DNA of 64,000 nucleotides from Macrostomum lignano (Eukaryota), in NCBI GenBank assembly GCA_002269645.1, contig NIVC01002626.1:62001-126000 (forward strand), in the 5' to 3' direction. Positions within the stretch are counted from its first letter, which is position 1, and every line of letters starts with the position of its first letter. The position numbers were made by a program, and so were the translations under genes. Of this stretch, positions 11,580 through 24,630 are shown in pieces. Under the pieces are notes generated by a model. That model did not search any database. It was not told the DNA's origin and worked only from the letters and a program-made list of their open reading frames with translations.

Positions 11580-12265
11580 TAGTATTTGTCATGCTATCTC
11601 AGCCTAGAGACATCCAAACTCAGCCAGTCCCATTCCGCAATGCGTTTTTTTGGCTCGAGCTAGTCGACTTTTACCATAGACATGCTTCTTAAGGCCATGC
11701 TATCTCAGCCTGGGACATGCAATCTCAGCCAATATAGATTTCAATTGCAAACAGATCTCAATGCTGGGAAGCTGGGCACTCAGCTTCGTGCGCAATGCTT
11801 TCAGCGTCGCCAGGGGGTTCGCATCCACGAAAGCAATAAGCGCCTGGCGCATCTCCTCATCGAACTTGCATGAGCTAATCTTTCTTCCCCTCGCGGGAGG
11901 GCATCCACCCGGCCCGTTGCTTCATAAATCCTGACGATATGCCGAGCTGTCTTCAGATTCATGCGAAGAACTTTGGCGGCCACACGTAGGTCCTGACCTT
12001 CCGTCCACGCAGCAATCAGTCGTCTTCTGTCTTCGTCGCTTGTTGCTCTCATTCTGTTTCATTTGCTTCGATCACAGACTAAGCCACAGACAGCTTGACA
12101 TAGCATCTGAAAAGTGGCTGAGATTGCATGTCCCAGGCTGAGATAGCATGGCCTTAAGAAGCATGTCTATGGTAAAACTTGACTGGCTTACGTAAAAAAT
12201 CGCACTGTCGAGATGGGCTGGCTGAGTTTGGATGTCTCTAGGCTGAGATAGCATGACAAATACTA
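11580..12265 (-). mobile_element. Internally deleted IS630-Tc1-mariner element, 686 bp, ~150-bp TIRs, TA flanks
   Basis: TIRs 11580-11731 and 12115-12265 (TAGTATTTGTCATGCTATCTCAGCC...). Interior encodes MRATSDEDRRRLIAAW...TARHIVRIYEATGRVDALPRG and, after a 1-nt frameshift, GRKISSCKFDEEMRQALIAFVDANPLATLKALRTKL (bipartite HTH). No DDE domain. Confidence 0.88.
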
Positions 12266-13494
12266 TACCATAATTCTGTTCAGTCGTTCTTGAGTGCCAA
12301 AGTCTATGATACGCTGCGCTATATTTACTTAATTCGTCACATGCGTTTAAAGAATTATAATTTTTTAAATTTAGCATGCACTGTGTGTTACTGTAATGTA
12401 TTTTATATATTTATAATATATTTTAATATATTTTAGACATCTTTTAATCTGGCTAATCTAGTGACAGAAATTTCAATAAATTAATGTACTTGATATTTTG
12501 TTTAAATCAACAGGTATCTTACATTTTTAAATTCGAATACTCAAAGAAACAATTATATTTACTCTTCTGACTCTTCGATCTCACCTAATCCACGATCGAA
12601 TCGACCTTACTAATGTTATTATATAATATAGTGTCGGCTGTCAGTGTATGAATCGTATTTATTTTGATCAATTACAATGTAAGCTGGGGTTATGACTATT
12701 CAAGGGCAAGACTTATCCATCAAAGTACATATTTTATAAGTTAGACTTGGACTAGAGGTAGTATTTAGGCCGACTAAATTAACATTTACTATATATATAG
12801 TTTTCCTTGTAAATTTGTGATGTTCTTATAAGCATAAACCTATTAATTGACGTCTTTTGGTATGTTTTTATGTGCTAGATCATCAAACATAATTGTTAGG
12901 GCCTAACAGATAGGCCTAACTTCAAAATATAGAGGCCTGCACCTCTACATTTTTCCATTATATATCCTAATATATTTTATTATTTTGTCCGATCTTAACT
13001 TACTCAGTTCTAGATTGTTGCCCTTTTTAATCAAAACCCTCACTGATAAAATGTCACTGTAACTAATATCACTCAAGTTAAGAAGTTAAGATTGGCAAGA
13101 TAGATTTCTACTTGAAACCACAACAGCTGTTATCAAATTAAGGGTCCTTTTTGTCATTAGGCCTAAAATGACTTGGGCTATACTGCAGAATCGTTTGTTA
13201 AATTATTTTCTCAACAGGAATAACTTGCATCTTAACTCTTGAGTTTAGAATAGGGCCTAATGTAAGAAAGTAACATTGAAATGACAAAATGAAAAATAGA
13301 TGCTAAGTTAGTTTGTTATAGTCATGTCTTCATGTACTTTATGCATTTAGAATAGGTAATAGTGGACAACCCAGTACAAAAAGTACTGGGCAAATACTGG
13401 ACAAAATTAATATGAACATGCATTTGAATTCCCATAATAACATGTCTAAAATTCCAAAAATGATGTTTATTGGCATGCCATTAATAATTCTATG

Positions 13495-13792
13495 GGCAAT
13501 GGCTAGAGTTCCAGCACCGGAACCCATTTTCTATTGGCTACGGATCCGGCAGTGCCATTATAATATAGATGGAACATTATATTTTCCTTTCTATAGGTGG
13601 TTGATATTGAGATTTTGTTCTATTGAATAGATTAAAATTTAAAGACAATATAATAAGATTTGGGACGAGATGCTTCTAATATTCAGACTTCTTTAGATAT
13701 GTTCTTAGCAGTCTTTATATGCTTCTATATGATACTGCCGGATCCTTAGCTGTTAGAAAACGGGTTCCGGTGCCGGAACTCTAGCCATTACC
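13495..13792. mobile_element. 298-bp MITE, ~60-bp TIRs, 9-bp TSD (Mutator/MULE-like)
   Basis: TSD AATTCTATG at 13486-94 and 13793-801. TIR GGCAATGGCTAGAGTTCCAGCACCGGAACCC...GGATCCGGCAGT, with its complement at 13734-13792. Confidence 0.85.
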
Positions 13793-14245
13793 AATTCTAT
13801 GCCACATGGCATGGCATGAACTGCATTTTGAGAAAATATATCTATGGCCAAAATTATGGTATTCTTTCCTTTTACGATCTCCTTACATTTGTTCTATAGA
13901 ACATAGTACTTTCGTTATATGCCATATTGCAGATCATGTTATATGTATACCGGAAAGTATTTGGCTATCTAGTAAAGTGTACGCTAGTAAATTACATCAA
14001 TTAAGTGGTCTAGTAAATTGTACACCACTAAAAATTGCGTGATGAAAAAGCTCATAACTAATACCACAAGCAGTAATATGCATACACGTAGCAATTAATG
14101 GCTGCAAAAAATGAAGCATATATTAATTTAAAAATGGAAATAATAAGTAAAACAAAATAGTTATATATACTATTGTTTTAGATATTGTTTTTCACTATTT
14201 ATTGTAGAAATACTAGATTTATTATTTAAAAAAATTAATTCATTG

Positions 14246-17200
14246 TAGGGACTCCAGTGAAGGTACCGTAAAGCTGATAATTACACGAAAAATTGTAAAA
14301 TATTGTTTTTTTAAAATGAAATTGCCAAGCATAGAAAATGTTTATAGTAAAAACAAAATATACATGTTAAAAAAGAGTTTCTATTCTTTCTAATGAGATA
14401 AAGAAACAAAAAATATATATATTGTATGCCGAGCAGTGTCCCACTGAACTTTGTCTTTTTTTTTAATACACTCGTTTTGTTGCCAAAAAAAGTGACTTTC
14501 AAAAGATCGTTTTTTTTGTTGGAAAGCAATTATTTTAACAAAATGTAACTATTTAATGATACAAACAACTATATTTAGAAACTTTTTTTGACATTTTAAG
14601 AAGATTTTTTTCATTTTCTCCCTATTTAGACAGTATAAAAAAATAAAAGTTGAATAAAAATCGTGCCCATATTTCCGAAGCTTAGTAAAACCCGGAAATG
14701 AAGGCTACTCCATAATATGATTACATTAAAAAAACTGCACATGTCTATCTACATCCGCCGAAAAGTTATTGTAGCCTGTTTTTTGCCTATCTCCTCAGTG
14801 TAAAATATACGATAAAACAGAAAATGTAAATTTTTTCCAAAGCAATAATTTCCGAAGACTATTCTTTTACTGCATTTAATAGAAGAACTTATAGGAAGTC
14901 TTTACAACACTTTTTTTTCTTTCCACATGCTTCCGCCAAGGAGCAGCAGAAAATTTTGCTTTTAGTAGCTACACTACTTACATACTACTCATATTGAAAA
15001 ATAGTTTTCTCTGGTTTCTTTACTAAAAAATAAATGTCTTAGACTCTTAATTAGCACTGTAACTTATGTAATTGTTAAAAAAAACTCAAAAAGGAAGAAA
15101 ATGTACAATAAATTAGTATGTAATTTTCACTTCTGGATTCTTTTACTGGATTAACAAATCAAGTCTATATTCAATAGCGTTTTTTAATGAAACATTTCTT
15201 TTACATTTCTTACTGTTTTTAACTTTTTCTTCATTTCAGACACTTCGCTGTATACAACCATGAAAGTGAAATACAACGCATGTTTTTTTAAGCCGCAAGG
15301 CGATTAAAGCTGTTAAATATAAGTTATGAAAATTATGGATATCTAGAGAGGGGGGCTGTAGCCCAGCAGTCTGGCGCAGGCTCTGGTGTGCCAGCGACCC
15401 AGGCTCGTAGTTTTTAGATCCCCTCATCCTCATCATCCAGAACATGCAACTCCCCAGAGAGGTAGTCCCGATACAAGTCTAATATTTCCTCTTTTTCTGG
15501 GAAGTCGTGCTGGTTTAGTACATCATGGTCCCGGCCAGTCGTTCTGATGCGACGCAGCACTGTGCCTTCCTCCCAGCTTTTGCCATCAAGGTAGGCAAAT
15601 AGCATTTCTATTCGCCGCCCGACCAAATCTGGGAGGTTGGCAAGTGATGGTGCAGCTTCATTGTGCGCATCGTCCTGTTCTAGGCCAATATTCACAGCTG
15701 CTGCTGCATTGGCAGCCTGACCACGTCCACGGCGCCCTTGTCCGCCGCGCCCTCCCCGGGCATGTCCTCGTCCACCACGGCCTCTGGCTCTGGGGGCGGC
15801 GCTACTGCCACTATGGGCAGTTTGTCGGGTAGCATCACGGACAGCGGGCTCCAGGCGCTCAGCAATGGCGGAACGAATACGCTGAGATCGTTCAGCCGCG
15901 TCCAGAATGGCTGCCGGCTGATTGGCAGTGGCTGTGGCAGCGGGCTTGGCACACAAAACGCCCAGCAGGTCGCGCAGCTGTTGTTGCAATTGCATGGCGG
16001 TACGCTTCACGCCAGCCTCTGAGAATAGCAGCAGCTTGGCGTGATCTTTGGGCAGGCTGGACTCTGGATTGAAAGGGATTTAAATGGGAAATTAAGAGGC
16101 GGTGCTGTTATTTTTTAAATATTTTCATTAAAAAACTTAACGTATAGTTCTCTATTTCTCAACAAAAAGTAAATTTAGGCTTACTGTTGACGAGCTTTTG
16201 AAGCTGCAGCTGGGCGACAACCGCCTTGTTCTGCTCTGCTGGCGCCAGTGTGGCAAGAGCCTCGTCCATCTGCGCGGTTGATGACCAAAGACCACCGCAG
16301 AATCCGACACCAGCAATTTTGTCGCGCGGGTTGACCGCCAATGCAGCCTCCTTGCGCTGCTTTTCCGCAACTCTCGCACGCATTATTTCCTGCTGTCGCA
16401 TGCGAACCGCAGCCGCATTGTCTTTCCATCGCCTCTCCATAACTGAGGCATTCTGGCGCGCATGCGAAATCATGGCGTCGCGCTGTTCCCGCGTTTTTTC
16501 CGCCATCCACTCTGATGTGCCGTTCTGGCCAAAGAGGACGACAGCTTCGCGAGCGATGGGGCGCATGTTAGGCCGGTCTCTTACGAGATGGTCCAGCACG
16601 GCAAACAAGCGCTCCCCAGGAACATTGTCCTTGGGCGCGGAGCGTGCACGGTTGGCAACCTCGTCTGGCAGTTCACGCAGCACACCGCCAGGAAGGTGGT
16701 CACGAACCTCGCGTTCTGTGAGCACGGCCATGTGCGCCGCCATGACCTGAGAAGGGGCAGAAGAAAATGTAAGAAAATGTTGACATAAAAAATTAAAATT
16801 TACGATTTGCTTTAACGTTTCTTGTAATTACTTTTTTTCTTTTCCTGCAAGAAATAAAAGCTCAAATTAGACATTTCAAATGATGTTAATGCATTGCAGA
16901 ACAAATTACCTGCACGGCCTGACCGACCAGCTCGTTGTCGGCGTCAGCAGTCAGAGAGGCCCATATCTCGGCGACGTCGCTGTCACGGAGAATGGCCTCG
17001 CGCAGCTCCGGGAAGGGGCCCTCCAAGTCACCGAAAACGTTAAGCGCGTCTGCAGAGGCCAGACTGCGCATCCATGCCACGACCTGCTCGTACCGCTCAT
17101 TCATATCAATGATCGTGACGTCTTTGCAGCGTAGCAGCACCCACAGAGGTCTGATCAACAAGATGTCGATCAGGCCGAGGGCACGGCAGCCGCAGATCAG

Positions 17201-20200
17201 CAGCGGAGAAGCCAGATCGGCATGCACGGCGAATATGAGTCGATTGCTGCCTGGATACTCGGAGAGAAAGTCGAGTAGAACGTTCCGTTGCCAGAAAATG
17301 GCGCCGCCATTGGGAAAAGCGACGTATGCGCGGTTGCCACGGAATTCCTCCATCCGAAGTCTTTCTCCCCGAGCATCCAGGTAGCTCGCAAGTGGACCAC
17401 CGATACCGCACTGCTCGTTGCCATTGATGTGGAACGCCTTGCATGCGGTGCGGATGAGGCGCAGCGTTCCCGACTCGAGCTTTGATGGTCGAAATCCAGG
17501 TAGTGCAGCGGCCCCAATGGGTTCCGCCGACACGCAGCGCTCGAAAACGCGCAGGCCGGCCTCGGCAGCAGAAAGAAGATTGACAATCAGGTGCATGCCG
17601 CAGAACAGATGTGTCACGGTCGGCGGCACAGCAACGTCCCGCTGTGTTGCCAAGACTTGGCGCATCTCATCGAGCAGCACCTGTGTATAAAAAATTGGAA
17701 TTTATTCTACAAAATATTTTCTATGACTCAACAGCCAACTCCAACATCAATGGCCATGTCTATAGGCTGAACTAGAAAATGGTCTCACCTTCACGCTCTT
17801 ATTTACGACGCAGCGGTCCGTCATCAAAAAATCCAGGCTGAGCAAAATGTCGTCCTTCAGCCGCTGCCGGTCCTCGTCTGCGTAATCGCCCAAGACGGTT
17901 GCACAGAACACGTCGACCATCTCGTCGATGGATGCCTCTAGCTCGCGGGCATAGATGGCTGCCGTACCGCCTTCCACCTCACGAATGGACAGCGCAACGG
18001 GTCGTGAGTCGCCAGTGGCAATCTGAAAAATGGCAATTGAAATCATGGTAATTGAAAACATCATTCCCTCTAAAACATATTAAAGTATAAAATTTTATTA
18101 ATTTTCCCATTTTTTTTAAATCTTGCATTTAACATCTTACACCTTACATCTTAAATTTTAGTTAAAGGAAGCCCCAACCCCCAAAAATACCTGGTACTCG
18201 GCGTAGTGGCGGCTTCGCTTGCTCGTCGCGTCAGTCATCATAGTCATCGGTTGATGGTTACCGACGGCTACAACAAGATGTTCTGCTGCGCATGACTTTG
18301 CCAGGCTGTTGCCAATGCTGTAGCACAGGCTACTCGTGAGGGAGGCGGACGGAAGGCGGACGCGATCGGCGTCCAGACCAACAAGGTCAGTCAGCACGCA
18401 CCTGATGGCACTGCTGACCCTCTCAATTGGCACCTGACAGTCGAGGACCAGACGCGTGCAGGTCGCAATGACGTCGTTGGCGAACTGGATGCCACCCTGT
18501 GGCCGGCTCTCTAGTGTGCTGACCTGCATCGATTGTGAACGCTCTGCCATGGACTCTGCTGTCATGTCCAGACTGCTATGCAGCTCTTGAACCTCGCGCT
18601 GCAGCTGTTTGACCTGCTGCCTGGCGGCCTCATCCAACTTCAGCTGCTTTCTATATCCTTGGGCCTGGTGGCGCAGCTCACTGATGGTGGCCTGCAGCGA
18701 GGTGATCGTCTGCTGCTGCTGCAAAATTTGCCGCCTTGACTCGGCCAGCTTTTTATTGGCCCTGCGAAGCTGCTCTGCCAGGACCTTGTTGCGGCTGCGG
18801 GATCTGGCATGACGCTCTGTATTGCTGTTGCTAGCGCCAGACTCCAGGATGTCATCAACACTGCCGTCATTGGAATCCTCGCCGGCACCACCGCTATCAC
18901 TATCAGCAACATCACCATCGGCACCAAAAAGCTGGGGTTGTAGGTCCTTTACTAACACATTTGGCAGCTCGAGTATGGATTCAAGAAACTCTGTGTATTT
19001 GGACTGCTGCCCCGCTTTGAGTTGCCTCTGGTGATCACGCTGTAGCACCTGGCTTTTCTTCTTGGCAATATCAAGGCTCCGCAGCAGGTCGTACTTCTGC
19101 TTGGTGCTCAGGGCACCGCGAGAGAGGCCCATGGCACGCATCACGCGGGTTGCCTGCTCGTGTCCTTTCTCGCCCTTGGCCTTGGCTTTCTGGACGAATG
19201 CCAAAGCCTTGCCGGTGGTGATTGGGCGATATTTCTGCAGCACACGATCGCCATCAGCATAATTGATGCTTGCTTTGTGCTTTGCCTTTGGCGTTGAAAA
19301 GCTAGCCATTTTTAAATTTGAAAGCTAAAATATTTAAACTTGAAATTAGACAATCAATGAGCAGACAATATATGTTAGTGTCTAAAGACAATAAGCATTT
19401 ACTATAAAATATATGCTAACTTCAGTCTTTAGAAGTTAGAAGTTTTAGACGTTCAGTTGCAGCTACTAATCAACAAGCAATAATATTGGGAAAAATGAAA
19501 GGTGTTATTAAATAAACCAAAGTACACAAAAAACCTTTTTATAAGTTTTTCATTAAAAAAACAAATCAAACTTTATATATATTCATTAGTCTGAAAATTA
19601 TAATCATTCAATCAAATTTGAAAATTGTGCAATTTTAAGATACGCTATCAAGTCCCAGTAGCAAAAAAGTCACAAAATTGATGAATTTTTTAACCTTTTG
19701 TTAATATATAGGCAAAAGGGTATAAAAACATATACTTTTATGTGTTGTGGAGTGAACAAAAAAAATATTTCAGAAAAAGCAATTAACTTTTAAATAATAG
19801 CCATTTGAAATTTTAATTTTGCTCTATTTTTGATGTGCATTTTTCACTTTTTAAAAATTCAAATGCAAACCCAAAAAAAGAGACACTAGAAAAAGTGAAA
19901 AAAATTTGTTAATCTTATGTAGAACTGCTTGGTCTTTAAAATGATACCAGACTCAACATTGTATATTGAATAGCAAAAAAGATATGACAACAAAAAGTGA
20001 AAAATTTTGTTTTCGTACGTCCAATGGCAACAATCTATAATGTATTTTTCCTATCTAAAAAACGTAATTTTTGGGGACAAAAAATGCTATAACTTTTTTA
20101 TTACTCAACCAAATTTAATAAGTAAAGCCATTTTGTGATGCTGTTATTGTCCTCTATCAGATACATATCTGAAAATATATAAATTTTAAAGTTTCAAAAT

Positions 20201-20216
20201 CTCACTGGAGTCCCTA
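14246..20216 (-). mobile_element. Full-length hAT-related DNA transposon (hATw-like), 5971 bp
   Basis: Perfect 15-bp TIRs TAGGGACTCCAGTGA (14246-60) / TCACTGGAGTCCCTA (20202-16). 7-bp TSD TTCATTG at 14239-45 and 20217-23. Encloses an intact spliced transposase. Confidence 0.92.
15414..19309 (-). CDS. Spliced DDE transposase, 5 exons, 1111 aa: 19309-18191, 18022-17789, 17680-16910, 16746-16185, 16063-15414
   Basis: Four GT-AG introns (168, 108, 163, 121 bp) join in frame (phases 0,0,0,1) to 3336 nt with no internal stop. hAT-type motifs TMMTDATSK (D), FLMTDRCVVN (D), FCGMHL (CxxH), DNVPGERLF (E). Confidence 0.9.
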
Positions 20217-20596
20217 TTCATTGTCTTAAAATTTAAACTGAAATTAACTTTTACTACAACAAAGGATTGCTTAGTATAATTTACACAATTATGACACATA
20301 CTTCAATGCTTTTGTACAACGCACCACAAGCTTGAACATATATTTTTTAAAACTGTAAGCCAATGATTGTGCCAGAACGTTGTTTTTCCTCCTTGTATGC
20401 CAATATGTATATTAGCTAAAGTATTTGTACGCCAGATATATGCCAGCTAAAGCATCTGTATGCCAGAATTTTCTAGCATATACTACACCTTCCACAATAT
20501 AGGTTATACAATTCCTTTATATAAAAGATAGGAGTCTTGTTTGCATATCACTAGAGTATGTTTAAAATGCAATTACCCTAACTAATCCTAAGCTAC

Positions 20597-21177
20597 GATT
20601 CTTAGCAAGAATAGGGACATATCTATATTCACTTTTGTTATATCATCATTCAAATGAAGGAAATGTATGGAAAGGGATTGGATAGCAAAACTTGGGCTTT
20701 TCATTAATTTCGTGATACGATCCCCAAGTTGAAAATTTGTTTGCAGGGGATCGTGTACCTTGTCTAACCCCTTGTCTAGGCTACATGATGGAGATTCCAC
20801 AAAAGTAAGTTGTAATTTTTTTGGAATCCCTCCTTTCTCTTTTTTTAAAACTCCCTTTCACTTTTGTTATACAATCCCTGACAGCATGAAACAATGTTGT
20901 CCGTACTATAAGGGGATTGTAAAACAAAAGTGAGGGAGGTCAGGCATGGAATTATTAGATAGTATGAACTATCTTTACTTCATCTACAAGTGCAATACCT
21001 TGATTTCATTTTTGATATATAATCCCCTGCAAACAAATTTTCGACTTGGGGGATTGTATTACAAAATTGATGAAAAGCCCAAGTTTTGTTATCCGATCCC
21101 TTTGTATACATTTTCTCCATTTAAATAATCATATAATGAAAGTGAATATAAAGACATCCCTACTCTTACCAAGAATC
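20597..21177. mobile_element. Degenerate foldback/MITE-like element with nested inverted repeats
   Basis: Arms 20597-20751 and 21022-21177 are diverged reverse complements; inner pair ~20853-20879 / 20911-20937. No TSD found. Confidence 0.6.
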
Positions 21178-22229
21178 TTGTCAAGGCTTTGTTTGATTGT
21201 CTCTTTTTGGTTGAACTCCACTTCAGATAGACATCAATTGAAACTGCCTTAATACAGTGCCTTTGACTCATGGATAATGTTTTGTCTGTTTTCTATTCTT
21301 TGACTGTATCTTTTACATATGGATCATATAATGAAAGTGCCTAGGAATGGGGATCATAAAATGAAAGAATGCCAAAATTACTGCATTGACTCTGCATTTT
21401 AAGAGAGATAGGCTTGGGGCTAGAAATGTTAGTTGTTAAGCTAAACATGCTGGGATCAAGTGCTCTTCACTTCAAAATGGCTAGATGACCTTTTGCCCAG
21501 TGGTCCCAGTAATTATGCCTATGATTTTTTGGGCCATGAAAAAAAATTGTGCCAGAATTTGCACTGAGCAAAGCTTCAAAAGTTCAAAGAGCTTCAAAAG
21601 TTCAGAACATGCCAATGCTATTAGCTTGTATGATAATGCACTTTCATAGACGTGTATTCTTTATCTCAACATCAGGATGTATGGCGGCAGCGTTTAAAGC
21701 ACTCACAACAGTAAAACATATTAAACAAAAATTTCAAACAAATAAAATTCTAGTTATATGTTAGTTTTTAGCAGTAAGATGGTAAATCAAAGATGGTGCA
21801 ATGTTACAATATAGTTAAAATGAAGGAGTAAGTTTTAATAAGATTGAATGCAGCAATAACAGAGAACAAGTATTCAACAGTGATAATTTATTTCCAGTTA
21901 GCACCAAGCCAGCACCATAGCAACCTTCTGGCAAAAAGTGGCATTGATAAACCTTTCTGGGCGCTAAAAGTAGAAGTTTAAAAATTACAAAAAAAAACAT
22001 TTTTCTTTTCATCATTGTGGGATCTTACTTAAACTTCAAGGTATGAAAGCAGCATCAAAAGTTGGGACAAACGTTTGTCTATGTGGCACACAGCGCCAAC
22101 TGGCACACTTACAAAAAGATATGTATCCAAGGGAAAACCCCTCATTGCTATGTTGCTGGCTTAGTGCTAACTAGAAGTAAGTGAATGTACCCTAAAATAA
22201 AAAGTGAATATTAGTAAAATAAAAGCATG

Positions 22230-24630
22230 CAGTCAGTCAAGTCAGCTAGAGATAAGGAAAATCATAGACACTTCGAGATTTTGGGAAGCAATTTCACTGA
22301 TGCAGAAGCCTCCAAACTGGCCATTGCCAGCTCGCATGCCTTTTGCTTTAGCACACTGTCAGTCACATGCTCTGTCTCATTCTCTTTGTGCCTCTGGAGT
22401 CTGTTGCGATCCTGTCGCAGCATCTCAATTTCTTGTTCTCATTTCTCCTTAGCTTTTTGAGCATCCAACAGCAGCTGGTAGGTGACATCATTCTCCTTAA
22501 GTTTAGTCTCAATTTCTTTGTCCTTATCCTCCAACTTCTCATGCAGATTGGAAATGGCCTTACTGGCCTGCTTCTCGGCTCAGACTTCAATAGTAAGCAA
22601 CTCTGTGAGCTCCTTTGCATGGCGTGCCTCCTCAAAAGTTGCATCATCCTTTAGTCTTTGACAGTAGCTGGCATAGGCACTGTTACATATATTGATCAGA
22701 CTAGAAGTCACTGGCAGAGTAGCTGCAGTCCATTGTTGAGCTTGAAGGCAGGAACAAGCCACAACCAATGCCCTAACTGTTTCTGGTTTCAAAACTCAGC
22801 ATTTCTTTGTTACTGTGTCACTCAAAGTACTAGATGCGCTCAATTTCCCCATTTCCATGAAGAAGGATTAGAAGTGCGCAAACAAGTCAAATCAGTAGAG
22901 GGCGCTTGTCCCCCACTGGCTTGAAAAGTCTTTGCCAGAATGTAACAATGTCCAAATCGGCATTAGCTGTAGAATCAATTTTGGTTTGATGCAGTCAAGC
23001 CTCTACTTCAAGAGAACCAATGTCCGTGTCCTTGAAAATGCTCAGAAGATGACGCGCCAAGAACCGGATCAAGAATTTGGCAGGCTGAGAGAAAGGTGCT
23101 GTTAAACAGTAAGTATTTCTGAAGCTTCTGTGTACCAGCCTTGAAAAAGCACTTCATTGACTTGAATGATTTTTGTTGGTCATCTGCAAAGAGCTCAACA
23201 AAGAGTCACTTGGCTGGATTGCCCATTACACCATTGTATGGCAAAAGGTTAAACAATCAAATCGCCCAAGTTGGTCAGCTCATCTGTCCAGAACTTTTCT
23301 GGAAGTTTACTCAGCTTCAAAAACCGTCGAAGCCAATGTTTCATGAGATCCAAAATTAGGCTGTGCAGCAAATGGGTCTGAGTGCTCTTGCTTTGAAATA
23401 GAAGCTCAAACTCTTGAAGTGGCTTTAGGGCTTCTGCCAAAAAGGTGAAGAAGAACTTGGTCTTAGCATCGTGCAATGTTGCCTTGATTTTGGCAGAGCT
23501 TGGGCAATTTTTGGCCTTGCAGTCAAAGAATTTTGCCAATGGCTCATACAGGTAGAGAATGCATTCCACCACTGGCACTACCTGAAGCCAATGAGTGTTT
23601 ACTGGCCAAAGAAATGCAAGCTTCTTGATGGCCATGAAGTTTGAAGAGAGGATATTGTCAAAATTGCTCTGCTCTGTATTCAAAAATTTGAAGTATCAGT
23701 AAATTTCTTTGACTAGGTCTTCGGTCTCAACACCCAGATCAGCAGCAACATAGGCATACTTTGCAACGTTAGTGATGTGATGTAGAGAGCAGCTACCCAG
23801 GTCAATGACATTGGTCATTAGACAAACCCTCATCATTTTCAGCCACACTACAATGCCACTTTTGGAACCACCCATTGTATTATAACTGTCAGACATCACC
23901 ATAAGACAATTCTCCTTAGCAAGACCTGATTGTGAAACTGCTTCCAAAATTGTCGTAGCTATCTGCTTGGCTGTAGTTGATTTCAGTAGTAGCAGATCCA
24001 TACAAACAACCTTCACATGGAAGAAATCTTTTGGGAGATAGCGGGCAACAATGCCAAGGAACTTGACTCCCTTGTTGGCCTTGTCAACCTGCAGTGAAAA
24101 AAAGCTGGCTTCACAAATCTCAGTAATAATAGACTCTCGGACATATGGAAATAGTGTATCAATCAACAAGTAGGAGACCTTAGTGACCCCAAGCTGCATC
24201 TGCGCTGGAATCTTGGAGTCCGGGCAAATTGCACATAAGTTATCAACAAGATCGTCTTCAGATTGAAAGCTATGCAACTTTAACACACTTCTGGTAACAT
24301 AGCAAATCTCAGCAGTCTTGGCTGCACTTCCAGGAACAGGTGCAGCTCCTGTAGCTTCATCAGGGTCACATGGAAGATACTGCACAGGAAGAAGTGCACA
24401 GTTTTTCTTTGCTAGAGATACCTATCTGTGCTTTCTGGATTCAGAGTGGCTCTTTAAATTTGTTAGGCCACTGTGGCAAACAAAGTCCACATTGCACCAG
24501 TTGCAGTGGACTTTTTTCTGGCTGGGGTCGCATTGCCTTGCCCATAGTGAAATAATGTTTCTATTCTTGTCTGCTGTTTTAAGCCATTCGTCGCTCTAGG
24601 CAACATTTTTGGGTTTCATTAGTGAATAGA
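22230..24630 (-). pseudogene. Decayed hAT transposase with N-terminal BED zinc finger
   Basis: Minus strand: EWL...W...VHCNWCNVDF..HSGLTNLKSHSESRKH (BED), FFSLQVDK, VMSDSYNTMGG, SCSLHH, NTHWLQV, HGNGEIERI, then a coiled-coil tail. Broken by stops and frameshifts; termini not found. Confidence 0.85.

Noticed and set aside
11801-12052. Bacterial IS630 contamination or horizontal transfer
   Set aside because: The long IR/DR TIRs and eukaryotic flanks fit a resident Tc1/mariner; the HTH alone cannot support a bacterial origin.
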